A model generated the notes under the pieces. It did no database searches, had not been told where the DNA came from, and worked only from the letters and a program-made list of their open reading frames with translations. Positions 9,482 to 18,746 of a stretch of 52,551 bases of DNA are shown here, one piece after another (positions within the stretch are counted from its first letter, which is position 1; each line of letters opens with the position of its first letter). Both the position numbers and the translations under genes were made by a program. The DNA comes from Chloroflexota bacterium (GTDB taxonomy: Bacteria; Chloroflexota; Limnocylindria; Limnocylindrales; CSP1-4). The stretch lies in contig JANLSG010000018.1 of assembly GCA_031362295.1 (NCBI GenBank), positions 1-52,551 of the forward strand. Direction: 5' to 3'.

Positions 9482-10563
9482 GCCCGGTCACCCAGCTGCT
9501 GGCCGAGGATGCCCGTGGGCCGGAAGATCAGGACGAAGGTCAGGATCAGGAAGACGAGGAACTCGGACCAGCGCGAAAAGCCGAGCGCAGAGGCGAAGTT
9601 CTCCGTGAACCCGATGAAGAACCCGCCGAGGGCGGCGCCGTTGATGTTGCCGATGCCACCCAGCACCGCCGAGGTGAACGCCTTCAGGCCGGCATTGAAG
9701 CCGAGGTCCTGGCGCACGAAGCCGAACCGCAGGCCCCACACGACGCCCGCCGCGCCCGCGAGCGCGCCACCGAGCAGGAAGGTGAGCGCGATCGTCTGGT
9801 TGAGGTCAACGCCCATGAGCGAGGCCGCCTGCTGGTCCTGTGCCGTGGCGCGCATGGCCCGACCGAGCCGCGTGCGGTTGATGAACAGATTCAGCGCGAG
9901 CATCAGGCCGATGGCGAGGCAGAAGATGAAGATCGACAGGATCGAGATGGACGCGTCGCCGACCGGGATCTGCCAGTTCAGCGGGAATACCTGCGGCGCG
10001 GCGCGGTCGCCCGACCCGACGAGCACGAGCGCGAGGTTCTGGAGGATGAACGACACGCCGACCGCGGTGATGAGCGGGGCGAGGCGGTTTCCGCCGCGAA
10101 ATGGCCGGTAGAAGATCCGTTCGATCGCGAGGTTGAGCAGGCCCGTTGCCGGCATGACCAGCAGGAGTGCGACCGCGAGAACGAGGATCAGGAACGGGAT
10201 GTTGGTGATTTCCGCACCGGCGACCTGGCCGAAGATGCCGGCGGTCACCGCGATGGACAGGAACGCCCCGACCATGAACACGTCGCCATGCGCGAAGTTG
10301 ATCAGCTCGATGATCCCGTAGACCATCGTGTAGCCAAGGGCGATGAGGGCGTAGATGGCGCCGATCGACAGGGCGTTGATCGTCTGCTGGATGGCGACGC
10401 CGAACGCGTGGTCGGCGTTCAGGGCGACGGATCCGGTCAGCCACGACTGCTGCAAGGCGACGAACAGGATCAGGTCGTAGACGACGATCGCCCCGATACC
10501 GAACGCGACGATGCGCGCGGCGCGGTTGAAGGGGCTCCGTCGCGCGACGGCGACGGTGGTCAC
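9478..10563 (-). CDS. livH: branched-chain amino acid ABC transporter permease LivH
   Basis: LivH-like motifs (INALSIGAIYALIALGYTMVYG, INFAHGD). Confidence 0.85.
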   Translation of the reverse strand: MTTVAVARRSPFNRAARIVAFGIGAIVVYDLILFVALQQSWLTGSVALNADHAFGVAIQQTINALSIGAIYALIALGYTMVYGIIELINFAHGDVFMVGAFLSIAVTAGIFGQVAGAEITNIPFLILVLAVALLLVMPATGLLNLAIERIFYRPFRGGNRLAPLITAVGVSFILQNLALVLVGSGDRAAPQVFPLNWQIPVGDASISILSIFIFCLAIGLMLALNLFINRTRLGRAMRATAQDQQAASLMGVDLNQTIALTFLLGGALAGAAGVVWGLRFGFVRQDLGFNAGLKAFTSAVLGGIGNINGAALGGFFIGFTENFASALGFSRWSEFLVFLILTFVLIFRPTGILGQQLGDRA

Positions 10564-10663
10564 TGCTGTTCCCGGGTTGCGCCTGCGGCGTGCAGTCTTC
10601 GGGTCATGTCCTACCTGACGAATCGGCCGGGTGGAACGTTCAGCGTGGGGTTGCGCCGGGGTT

Positions 10664-10730
10664 GCCCCGAGCTCGGGGCGGATTTGTGGGGTGATGCGAT
10701 GAGGCCGGGAACCTTGCGGTCCCCGGCCTC
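10664..10730 (-). promoter_or_regulatory. intercistronic stem-loops between livK and livH
   Basis: Perfect 16-nt palindrome GCCCCGAGCTCGGGGC (10664-10679). A 13-bp stem with a GCAA tetraloop on the minus strand (10701-10730). No U tract follows either one. Confidence 0.45.
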
Positions 10731-10743
10731 AGGTTAACGGTGA

Positions 10744-11994
10744 CTACTTGGTCGCGTAGTCGACCTGCGTCTCGAACTTCCAGTTCTTCGCAGCGGCGTC
10801 GAACGAGTAGATCGAAACGATCTTCTGGCTGGTATCACCGTCAGCGTTGAAGGTGATCGCGCCCTGGATGGTCGCGTACGAGTGGGTGGTGTCCGTGACC
10901 GCGACGCGGAGAGCCTCACGGAGGGCCTTCATGTCGGCGGGGTTGGTCGCGCCAGCACGGTTGAGGGCATCGATGAGGACCTGAGCGCAGGCGAAGCCCT
11001 GGGCTGCGTAGCCCGTGGCGTCGATCCCGAACTCGGCCTTGTAGTCGGTGTCGAACTTGGCCTTGCCGTCGAAAGTGCCGATACCCGCCAGCGTGCTGTA
11101 CGAGTTGGCGGCCTTGTCGCCGGCCAGGTTGAGGAACGAGTCCTTCGTGGTGCCGGAGCCGTCATTGATGCCGTCCGGACCAACGTACGGGACAGCGCCC
11201 ATGCCGACCTGTGCGGCGGCAAGCAGGATCCGGGCGCCGCCGGTGGCAGTGACGCCGCCGAAGTAGATGGCTTCCGGGTTGCCCGACTTGGCTGCCGTCA
11301 TGATCGTGACGTAGTCCTGGGTGGTCTTCGGGGCGCCGTCGTGCTTGGTGACGGTGCCGCCGCGGGCCTTGAAGTCAGCCTCGAATGCATCGGCGACGCC
11401 CTTCCCGAAGGTCTCGGTGTCGTCGATGATGTAGACGGACTTCTTGCCGAGCGTGTCGTAGATGTACTGCGACGCGGCCGGGCCCTGGACGTCGTCCGTA
11501 GTGACGACGCGGATGTAGTTGTTCGGCTTGGTCCGAAGCTGGGCCGCGGGCGCACCCTTGGTCAGGTCCGGGTTGGTGTTGGCCGGCGAGCACTGCGGCA
11601 GGCCGCCAGCGTTCGAGATCGGGATCTGCGCCTTGGCAACGCTCGAGTTGAGCGGGCCGATGACGGCGATCGCCTTCTCTTCGGCGACGATCTGGCTCAT
11701 GTTGTTCGCGCCGGTCTGCGCGTCATGGGCGCCGTTGAGGGCGTCGTCCTTGATCATCGACTGCGGGATCTCGATCGTGTAGCCGCCGGCCGTGTTCTTG
11801 GCCTGCTTCACCGCGAGCTTGATGCCGTTGATGATCGGATCCGACGCGGCCTTCTCACTGCCCTGCTGGGGCAGCTCGATGGCGAAGTACACGGTGCCCT
11901 TCGTTGCTCCGCCAGTTGCGGCTGGCGTATTGCTGCACGCCGAGAACGCGACTGCGAACACGGTCGCAAGCACGCCGAGAGTTCTGAGCTTCAT
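10744..11994 (-). CDS. livK: branched-chain amino acid ABC transporter substrate-binding lipoprotein (LivK/LivJ family)
   Basis: Lipoprotein signal MKLRTLGVLATVFAVAFSAC, followed by a type-I periplasmic binding fold. Strong SD (GGAGGAG) upstream. Confidence 0.85.
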   Translation of the reverse strand: MKLRTLGVLATVFAVAFSACSNTPAATGGATKGTVYFAIELPQQGSEKAASDPIINGIKLAVKQAKNTAGGYTIEIPQSMIKDDALNGAHDAQTGANNMSQIVAEEKAIAVIGPLNSSVAKAQIPISNAGGLPQCSPANTNPDLTKGAPAAQLRTKPNNYIRVVTTDDVQGPAASQYIYDTLGKKSVYIIDDTETFGKGVADAFEADFKARGGTVTKHDGAPKTTQDYVTIMTAAKSGNPEAIYFGGVTATGGARILLAAAQVGMGAVPYVGPDGINDGSGTTKDSFLNLAGDKAANSYSTLAGIGTFDGKAKFDTDYKAEFGIDATGYAAQGFACAQVLIDALNRAGATNPADMKALREALRVAVTDTTHSYATIQGAITFNADGDTSQKIVSIYSFDAAAKNWKFETQVDYATK

Positions 11995-12405
11995 CCAGTC
12001 TCCTCCTCGAAATCGATCGCCCGATGTCCGGACGATCTCCGGTCGTTCCCACTGCGATCGTTCGCGAGCCGGTCCTCCGACCCAGCGTCGCTGCCCGGCT
12101 CCGATGCCCTATTCCGATGGTGCCTCGACTCGGGGTCGAGATCGGGTGGGGCGCGGAACGGTGCGTACGACGACCGCAGATCGCAAGGCGGCTCCGAACG
12201 GCGCGCAGGTGGCCGCCGAAGCGATGCCGTATGATAGGGCTCGGCGCACCGATTGCAAGGCCGGTCGTTCGCCACCCGGGATGATCTCAGGCGCATCACG
12301 ATGCGTCCCTCCCGTGCGGCAGGCGAACCCGGCGGTCTGGTCGGCCCCGGTCGCGACGACCTTGATCGATTTGGCGCCTCCGACTACGAGGGAGCACCCC
12401 AGCGC

Positions 12406-12858
12406 GTGGAGTACAGGGTCCGAGCGGCCCAGATCACGGACATCGAGGCACTCGTCGCATTGAGCGGTGATCGCCTGGGTGACGTCTCGTCCGGCTCGCT
12501 CGGCGCCTCGGACCTCATGCGCCAGCTCGTGTTCCTGCCCCACGCGACCGTTCTCGTCGCCGAGCGAAAGAGGACCATCGTGGGGGGCGCCGTGCTCGCG
12601 ATCCGACCGTCGGTTCGCGCGGGTGGCTACGTCGGAACCATCGACCTGCTCGTCGTCGACCCGGCGAGCGAACCGGACGCCGTGAGCGACAGCCTCATCG
12701 AGGAGTGCCTCAGATCGGCGGCCAACAAGGGATGTGCGTCGGTCGAGGCGCCGCAGCCGGACGATCCGGTAGAGCACGCGCGCTGGGAGCGCCAGGGATT
12801 CGTCGACGGAGCGCCGGTCCTCCGGCGCGTCGTGGATCCCGCCGGGCGCCGGCGCTGA
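12406..12858 (+). CDS. putative GNAT-family N-acetyltransferase
   Basis: GNAT-like beta4-alpha3 region (LVAERKRTIVGGAVLAIRP...IDLLVVDP...LIEECL). Motif A is degenerate. The start was chosen at GTG 12406, and the ORF is open from 12253. Confidence 0.4.
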   Translation: MEYRVRAAQITDIEALVALSGDRLGDVSSGSLGASDLMRQLVFLPHATVLVAERKRTIVGGAVLAIRPSVRAGGYVGTIDLLVVDPASEPDAVSDSLIEECLRSAANKGCASVEAPQPDDPVEHARWERQGFVDGAPVLRRVVDPAGRRR

Positions 12859-12916
12859 CCTTTCATCGGACGCGCGCCGGATTTCGGCGCCAGCGTCCAT
12901 CGAGATAGGAGACAGG

Positions 12917-14806
12917 GTGGGCAAGAACGTCGCCGTCTTCGTTGACGTGGCGAACATCTTCTACGCGGCCAAGGCGGCCGGCGTGGACATCGATTACGTC
13001 ACGCTGCTGAAGGCGGGGAGCGCGGGCCGCGACCTCGTCCGCGCGTATGCGTACACGGGCCTCGACCCGGACAACGAGAACCAGCGCAACTTCCACGATT
13101 TCCTGCGCCGGAGCGGGTACAAGGTCGTCAGCAAGGACATCCGCAAGTACGGCGACGGCAAGGTCAAGGCGAACCTCGACATCGAGCTCGTCGTCGACAT
13201 GATGAAGACCGCCCGGAACCTGGATGTCGCGATCGTCGTGTCCGGCGACGGTGACTTCGCGCCGGCCATCCGCGCCGTCCAGGAGATGGGCGTCCGCGTC
13301 GAGGTCGTGAGCTTCCGCGGGAACACCTCGTCGGACCTGATGGACGTCGCGGACCTGTTCACCGACATCGTCCAGATCGCCAAGGTGGAGAAGGGCTCGT
13401 CCCGCTCCGGCCGCCGCGTCGCCGCGGATGACGACCTGTCGATGACCGAGGTGCCGGACAAGATGACCGAGGGCACCGGCGATCGAAGCCGCGGTCGCGG
13501 CCGGACACGCCGCGTGGTCGGCACGCCGGTGGCGGCGGTTGCCGCGCCGCGTGGCCGGTCCCGGATCGCTGCGACTGCCAACGTGGCGAGCGATGGCGGC
13601 GAGATGCCAGCCGTCGTGGCGCTGCCGGGCGAAAAGTTGTCGCGCGCTCGCGCGGCAGCTCCGGCCGCAACCACCACGGAGCCGTCGGACCTGGACCTCG
13701 ACGAGGCTGCCGAGGACCTCGAGCCCGGTGAGGCGGGCCTCGCCGGTGGCGACGACATGAGCGAAGAGGGCCGTCGCCGCCGCCGCCGCCGCGGCGGTCG
13801 TGGGCGAGGGCGATCACGCGGCCGCGAGGACGGACCGTTCGGCGATGCGCCGGTTGGTCCCGCGCGTGAGCCGGGCGCCATCGCCGCGGCCGGCGAGGGC
13901 GCGGACCCCGAGGACGACGAGATGCCGGCGCCTGCGCGCCGGGCCGCGTCGGCCTTCGGATCGGTGTGGGATTCCCAGATCGGCATCCCGGCGGCGCGGC
14001 GTCCCGCGCCGGAGGTTGACGACGAGGAGGACTTCGACGAGCCCGCCGTTCCCGAGTACCTGATCGCGGAGCGCCGTCAGCGTGACGGCAACCGTGGTGG
14101 GGTTCGCGGCGGCGGTCGCGGCGGTGCGTACGCGGCAGCCCTGGACCGCGAGCGGTTCGGTGGTGGCCGGGGCAGCACCCGCTCGGGCTTCCAGCAGCCC
14201 GCCCCGGGCAATCGCGAGCCCAACTTCAACCGCGACCGGAACGATCGCGTCGAGCGCAACGATCGCGTGGAGCGCAACGATCGGCCGGCGTTCCGGCCGG
14301 CCCCGCGCCCGGCGCCGAGGGGTACCGGTGACGAGCCGTGGAGCGAGGTCCCGCCGGAGATCGAGGCGATGCTGCGCGCGCAGCTCGGCTCGCGCCCTGC
14401 GGCAGCACCGCGTCGCGACCCGGCGCCCGTGATGGCCAGCGAGGCCGGCACTGCGCCGGTTGAGCAGGCTGCCCCGGCAGCCGCGCCACGGCGTGGTCGT
14501 CGGCCGGCGGGTGCGGCAGCGGAGGCTCCCGCCACCGAAGCCGCCGCGGGCGCGACGGAAGCTCCCGTGAAGGCACGTCGCGCACCCGCGCGCCGGGCCG
14601 CAGTGGCAGTGACGTCCACCGAAGCCACCGCGGCTGAGGCGGCGCCCGTGGCCAAACGCACCAGGGCGCCCGAGAAGGCGCCCGCGAAGACCACGAGCCG
14701 GACGAAGGCGACCGCAGCCACGGCGGCGACGGACGCAGAGGCGGCCCCTGCCGCCGACGCGCCGAAGCGCCGGACAACGCGCAAGAAGGCCGACACCGCC
14801 GACTGA
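12917..14806 (+). CDS. NYN (LabA-like PIN-fold) domain protein with ~465-aa low-complexity Arg/Gly/Ala/Pro-rich tail
   Basis: The N-terminal 160 aa carry VAVFVDVANIFY, DIELVVDMM and VSGDGDFAP (NYN/LabA motifs). The rest is low complexity, with poly-R/RGG tracts and NDRVER repeats. GTG start. Confidence 0.7.
   Translation: MGKNVAVFVDVANIFYAAKAAGVDIDYVTLLKAGSAGRDLVRAYAYTGLDPDNENQRNFHDFLRRSGYKVVSKDIRKYGDGKVKANLDIELVVDMMKTARNLDVAIVVSGDGDFAPAIRAVQEMGVRVEVVSFRGNTSSDLMDVADLFTDIVQIAKVEKGSSRSGRRVAADDDLSMTEVPDKMTEGTGDRSRGRGRTRRVVGTPVAAVAAPRGRSRIAATANVASDGGEMPAVVALPGEKLSRARAAAPAATTTEPSDLDLDEAAEDLEPGEAGLAGGDDMSEEGRRRRRRRGGRGRGRSRGREDGPFGDAPVGPAREPGAIAAAGEGADPEDDEMPAPARRAASAFGSVWDSQIGIPAARRPAPEVDDEEDFDEPAVPEYLIAERRQRDGNRGGVRGGGRGGAYAAALDRERFGGGRGSTRSGFQQPAPGNREPNFNRDRNDRVERNDRVERNDRPAFRPAPRPAPRGTGDEPWSEVPPEIEAMLRAQLGSRPAAAPRRDPAPVMASEAGTAPVEQAAPAAAPRRGRRPAGAAAEAPATEAAAGATEAPVKARRAPARRAAVAVTSTEATAAEAAPVAKRTRAPEKAPAKTTSRTKATAATAATDAEAAPAADAPKRRTTRKKADTAD
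14240..14284 (+). repeat. in-frame 18-nt tandem repeat (2.5 copies) encoding NDRVER
   Basis: AACGATCGCGTCGAGCGC / AACGATCGCGTGGAGCGC / AACGATCGG... Confidence 0.8.
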
Positions 14807-14827
14807 GGCGGCGTCCCGGAGCTTTTC

Positions 14828-16000
14828 GTGGCCGGAGACCGGTTCCGCACCCGCGGGCAATCGGCGGCCGTCCACGCCGTCGTCGCGATGCTGGCGAGCG
14901 GGATGCCGCACGCCCTGCTCCTCACCGGCCCCGCCGGTGTCGGCAAGGGAACGCTGGCGGAGGACATCGCGGCCGGCCTGCTCTGCCGCGCGGACGACCG
15001 GTCCATCCGGCCGTGTCGGGAGTGCCGGGGCTGCCGCGCGCTCGAGCACGGCAACCACCCGGACCTCCATCGGCTGGCTCCGATCGGCGCCGGCCTCGTG
15101 ATTCCCATCGGGGGACGCGACGACCGGGGCGTCCGCGACCTCGTTCGCGACCTGGCGTTGTTGCCCGTCGAGGGCGGCGCGCGGGTTGCGATCGTGGCCG
15201 CCGCGGATCGGATGACCGAGGATGCCCAGTCGGCGTTTCTCAAGACGCTGGAGGAACCGCCGGCAAACACGGTCCTGATCCTCACGGCATCCGATGAGGA
15301 GCGGCTCCTGCCGACGATCCGCTCACGCTGCAGCCGGATCCGACTTGGACCGGTCGCTCGCCCCGACGTCGAGCAGATCCTGGTGGACGCGGGTCTCGTC
15401 GACGCGCCGCTCGCAGCCCGCCTCGCCCGGCTCTCGGCCGGCAGGCCCGGCGACGCCATGGCCCTCGCGCGCGTGCCCGAGGCGCTCACCATTCGAAGCG
15501 AGGTCGGTCGGACGCTCCTCGACCTCGCCGGGGCCACGCGCGCCGATCGGTTGCGCATCGGGCGGGACTTGCTGGCACGTGCCGGGGAGCTGGCCCTTGC
15601 CGTGCGCCGGGCCACTGAATCGAGCACATCGGGCGCTTCGACGCCGGCACGTCCAACCCGGAGCAGGAAGGCAGCCGTAGCGGCCGCCGCCGTCCCTGCG
15701 GACGCTGAGCCGGGAGCTCCCGCGGCGCGCGTGCCCGCTGCCGAACGCCGCGCCGCCGCGCTGACCCTGGTCGCGATCTGGCGAGACGTCGCGCGCGACC
15801 TCGCCCTCGTCGGACTCGGAGAGCGCGCGGTCGTGCGCCAGGTTGACCTGCTCGATGATCTCGAGGAGGCGGCCGGACGCCTGCCCCCCTCGTTCGCTGC
15901 CGCCCAGCTGCGGCGCCTGGATCTCGCCGGCGAGCGCCTCGAGGGCAACGTAAGCCCGGAGCTGGTTGTCGATGCGCTCGCGATGGGCTGGGCGGCGTGA
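14828..16000 (+). CDS. holB: DNA polymerase III delta' subunit
   Basis: P-loop-like GPAGVGKGT, zinc module CRECRGC, SRC motif IRSRCSRI and LKTLEEPP. Confidence 0.85.
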   Translation: MAGDRFRTRGQSAAVHAVVAMLASGMPHALLLTGPAGVGKGTLAEDIAAGLLCRADDRSIRPCRECRGCRALEHGNHPDLHRLAPIGAGLVIPIGGRDDRGVRDLVRDLALLPVEGGARVAIVAAADRMTEDAQSAFLKTLEEPPANTVLILTASDEERLLPTIRSRCSRIRLGPVARPDVEQILVDAGLVDAPLAARLARLSAGRPGDAMALARVPEALTIRSEVGRTLLDLAGATRADRLRIGRDLLARAGELALAVRRATESSTSGASTPARPTRSRKAAVAAAAVPADAEPGAPAARVPAAERRAAALTLVAIWRDVARDLALVGLGERAVVRQVDLLDDLEEAAGRLPPSFAAAQLRRLDLAGERLEGNVSPELVVDALAMGWAA

Positions 16001-16296
16001 CCGACCTGGCCCGCCTCGAGGCCGACGTCCACGGTCGCGTGCAGGGCGTCGGCTTTCGCTATTACACGCGGCGGGTCGCCACCGGACTCGGGCTGCAAGG
16101 CTGGGTCTCGAACGAGTCGTCGGGCCGCGTGCGCGTCGTCGCGGAGGGCCCGTTGCACCGCCTCCAGGATCTCGTCAAGGCGTTGCGCGAGGGACCGCCC
16201 GGTGCGCACGTCCAGCGGGTGGACGAGGCATGGCCCCCGCCCGTCGGCGATCTCGGGCCGTTCGAGGTGCGCTCCGGCTGGCACGGCGGCGACTGA
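15997..16296 (+). CDS. acyP: acylphosphatase
   Basis: VHGRVQGVGFRYYT and GWVSN motifs in a protein of about 99 aa. The GTG start overlaps the holB stop. Confidence 0.9.
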   Translation: MTDLARLEADVHGRVQGVGFRYYTRRVATGLGLQGWVSNESSGRVRVVAEGPLHRLQDLVKALREGPPGAHVQRVDEAWPPPVGDLGPFEVRSGWHGGD

Positions 16297-16339
16297 CGCC
16301 GGGTCGAACGAACGGCGGAGCGGGTGGTACCTGTGTCCG

Positions 16340-16672
16340 ATGTCCGGCACCCGGCCGGCACCCCATCCTTGCCGTCCCGTGGACGAACTGCCCGTTTCCG
16401 AAGTCATGCCAGGCCTGTACCGCGCCGTGCTCGACGCCGTCGCGGATCTGGAGGCACGCAGCCGACGGATCGAGGCGGCCGCGATCCGAAGCGAGGCGAC
16501 CCGCGTCTACTCGCGCGCCTGGACACCGGACGCCGCGCGTCGCCTGCGCGCCCTGCGCACCAAGGCCGATCGCATCGCGGAGGTTCGCACCCGGACGCGG
16601 TACGAGACGGTCATCGACACGCTCGGCCGGCCCGCCGTCCAGCCCGTGGACATGGAGCGCCGGACCGCCTGA
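16340..16672 (+). CDS. hypothetical protein (helical, Arg-rich)
   Basis: ATG at 16340 in ORF 16202..16672. No recognised motif. Confidence 0.35.
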   Translation: MSGTRPAPHPCRPVDELPVSEVMPGLYRAVLDAVADLEARSRRIEAAAIRSEATRVYSRAWTPDAARRLRALRTKADRIAEVRTRTRYETVIDTLGRPAVQPVDMERRTA

Positions 16673-16697
16673 CGCGCACCCGGTCTAGGCTTCCGTC

Positions 16698-17477
16698 GTG
16701 GACGGATTGACCGGCGCGGCCGCACGCCCCTTCCCCGGTGTCGAGAACGGCTACACGACCAGCTATCGGGTGCGCTTCGACGAGGCTGGCCCGAACGGGC
16801 GGGCACGCACGTCAACGCTTCTCCGCTATGCCCAGGACGTCGCGTGGCGGCATTCAGAGGATCTGGGCTTCGATCGCGACTGGTACCAGGCCCGTGGCAT
16901 GGGCTGGGTGGTTCGCGGCGTGGAGCTGGAGCTGCGCGCCGGGATCCCGATGGGCCAGGAGCTCCAGGTGAGCACGGCGGTGGTGGGTCATCGCCGGATC
17001 TGGGCGCGGCGGCTCGCCGAGTGCCGGCTCGCCGACGGGCGCCTGTCGGCCCGGGTGACGACCGACTGGGTGCTGCTCGATGGCCGCAACCGGATCGTCC
17101 GTATCCCGGACGACTTCGGGGTCGTCTTCGTCAACCCGGAGGCCACCGACGAGATCCTGCGCGTGCCACCGCCGGAGGGGGCACCGGCGCTGTCGCTCAC
17201 GCTCGACGTGCGGCCGCGCGACCTCGACCCGCTGGACCACGTCAACAACGCGGTCTACGTGGACTGGTTGGACGAGGCCCTCGAGGCCGCCGGCTGGCGT
17301 CCGGTCCCCCTCGACACGGCCGAGACCTGGCGCCTGGAGTACCTCGCGTCCGCAGAGCGCGGCGACGAGGTCGTCGTCGATCTCCACGGCGAGACCGGCG
17401 CCTGGCACGCGCGCATCCGGCGCACCGGGGGAGCGGAGCTCATGCGCGCCGAGGGGAAGCGCATCATCCCGGCATGA
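16698..17477 (+). CDS. acyl-ACP thioesterase (double hot-dog, FatA/FatB-like)
   Basis: YRVRFDEAGPNG...LLRYAQDVAWRHSEDLG in the first half. DLDPLDHVNNAVYVDWL in the second half. Confidence 0.7.
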   Translation: MDGLTGAAARPFPGVENGYTTSYRVRFDEAGPNGRARTSTLLRYAQDVAWRHSEDLGFDRDWYQARGMGWVVRGVELELRAGIPMGQELQVSTAVVGHRRIWARRLAECRLADGRLSARVTTDWVLLDGRNRIVRIPDDFGVVFVNPEATDEILRVPPPEGAPALSLTLDVRPRDLDPLDHVNNAVYVDWLDEALEAAGWRPVPLDTAETWRLEYLASAERGDEVVVDLHGETGAWHARIRRTGGAELMRAEGKRIIPA

Positions 17478-18739
17478 GCCCGACGCTCGCCGACGCGTAC
17501 CTCGCCCGAACCCCGCGCTCCGCGGCGATGTTCGAACGGGCGGCGGCATCCCTGCCGGGCGGCTCGACCCGGACGACGATCTACAGCGCCCCGTACCCGC
17601 CGTACTTGGTCCGCGGCGAGGGGATCAGGACGTGGGACGTCGACGGCAACGAGTACCGCGACTTCCTCGGCAACTACACGTCGCTGATCCTCGGCCACGC
17701 CCATCCGGAGGTGGTCGCGGCCGTCGAGGCGCAGGTACGTCGCGGTTCGGCCTTCGCCGCCCCGACCGAGACGGAGATCGAGCTGGCCGAGGTGATTCGC
17801 GCCCGCGTGCCCTCGATCGAGCGCATCCGGTTCACCAACTCCGGCACGGAGGCGACGATGTTCGCGCTCCGGGCCGCGCGCGCCTTCACGGGCCGTTCGC
17901 TCATCGCGAAGTTCGAGCTCTCTTATCACGGGACCCACGACATCGCGGTCGCGTGGACGCCCGGGGTCCCGAGGGCAACCTCAGACCTCGTTCTCGAGCT
18001 CCCGTGGGCCGACCCAGCGGGCGTCGAGCGGGTGCTGGCGGGGCGGGAGCACGATCTCGCCGCGATCATCATCGAGCCGGTCCAGGGCGCCGGCGGCGTG
18101 CGTGCCGCGCCACCCGAGTTCCTCCGCTTCCTGCGCGAGCTCGCGACGCGCATCGGGGCACTACTCGTGTTCGACGAGGTCATCGCGTTCCGGATCGGGC
18201 CGAATGGCGCGCAGGGCCGGCTCGGCGGCGTGCGGCCGGATCTCACCACGCTCGGAAAGATCATTGGCGGCGGTTATCCGTCCGGCGCGTTCGGCGGGCG
18301 CGAGGACGTGATGGCCCAGTTCGACGCCCGGCGGACCGGCGCGCTGGTCCACGGCGGCACGTTCAACGGCAACCCGGTCTCGGCAGCGGCCGGGCTGGCG
18401 ACGCTGCGGCACATGACACCCGCGCGGTACGCGGAGCTGGAGCGGTTCGGCGATCGACTGCGCACGACGATTGCGGCCGGCATCGAGCGCGCCGGCCTGG
18501 ACGCGCGAGTCGGCGGGATCGCCTCGATCTTCGAGGTCTTCCCGGGATCCAGCCTCGTCCCGCCCGACGGCATGAGCCCGCAGGCAGCGCTGTTCGTCGG
18601 GCTTCTACTCGATGGCTTCCACCTCGCGCCGCGCGGCATGGGCTCGCTCGCCACGCCGACCACCGATGCCGATGTCGACGATCTCGCGAGCGCCGTCCTC
18701 GGACGGCTCGTCTCGATGCAGGCGGTTGCCGCCGGCTGA
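17474..18739 (+). CDS. class III aminotransferase, glutamate-1-semialdehyde 2,1-aminomutase-like paralogue
   Basis: FTNSGTEATMFALRAARAFTG and the PLP-lysine motif TLGKIIGGGYPSGAFGG. The ATG overlaps the upstream stop (ATGA). Confidence 0.8.
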   Translation: MSPTLADAYLARTPRSAAMFERAAASLPGGSTRTTIYSAPYPPYLVRGEGIRTWDVDGNEYRDFLGNYTSLILGHAHPEVVAAVEAQVRRGSAFAAPTETEIELAEVIRARVPSIERIRFTNSGTEATMFALRAARAFTGRSLIAKFELSYHGTHDIAVAWTPGVPRATSDLVLELPWADPAGVERVLAGREHDLAAIIIEPVQGAGGVRAAPPEFLRFLRELATRIGALLVFDEVIAFRIGPNGAQGRLGGVRPDLTTLGKIIGGGYPSGAFGGREDVMAQFDARRTGALVHGGTFNGNPVSAAAGLATLRHMTPARYAELERFGDRLRTTIAAGIERAGLDARVGGIASIFEVFPGSSLVPPDGMSPQAALFVGLLLDGFHLAPRGMGSLATPTTDADVDDLASAVLGRLVSMQAVAAG

Positions 18740-18746
18740 TCCCCGA

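Noticed and set aside
8318-10111. 597-aa ORF on the plus strand
   Set aside because: It is antisense to livM/livH. Its composition is dominated by R/D/E/H/G with no motif, so it is a GC-rich shadow ORF.
14077-16407. 776-aa ORF on the minus strand
   Set aside because: It is antisense to the NYN tail, holB and acyP, all of which have clear motifs. Its translation is Arg/Ala/Ser/Pro low complexity, typical of shadow ORFs in GC-rich DNA.
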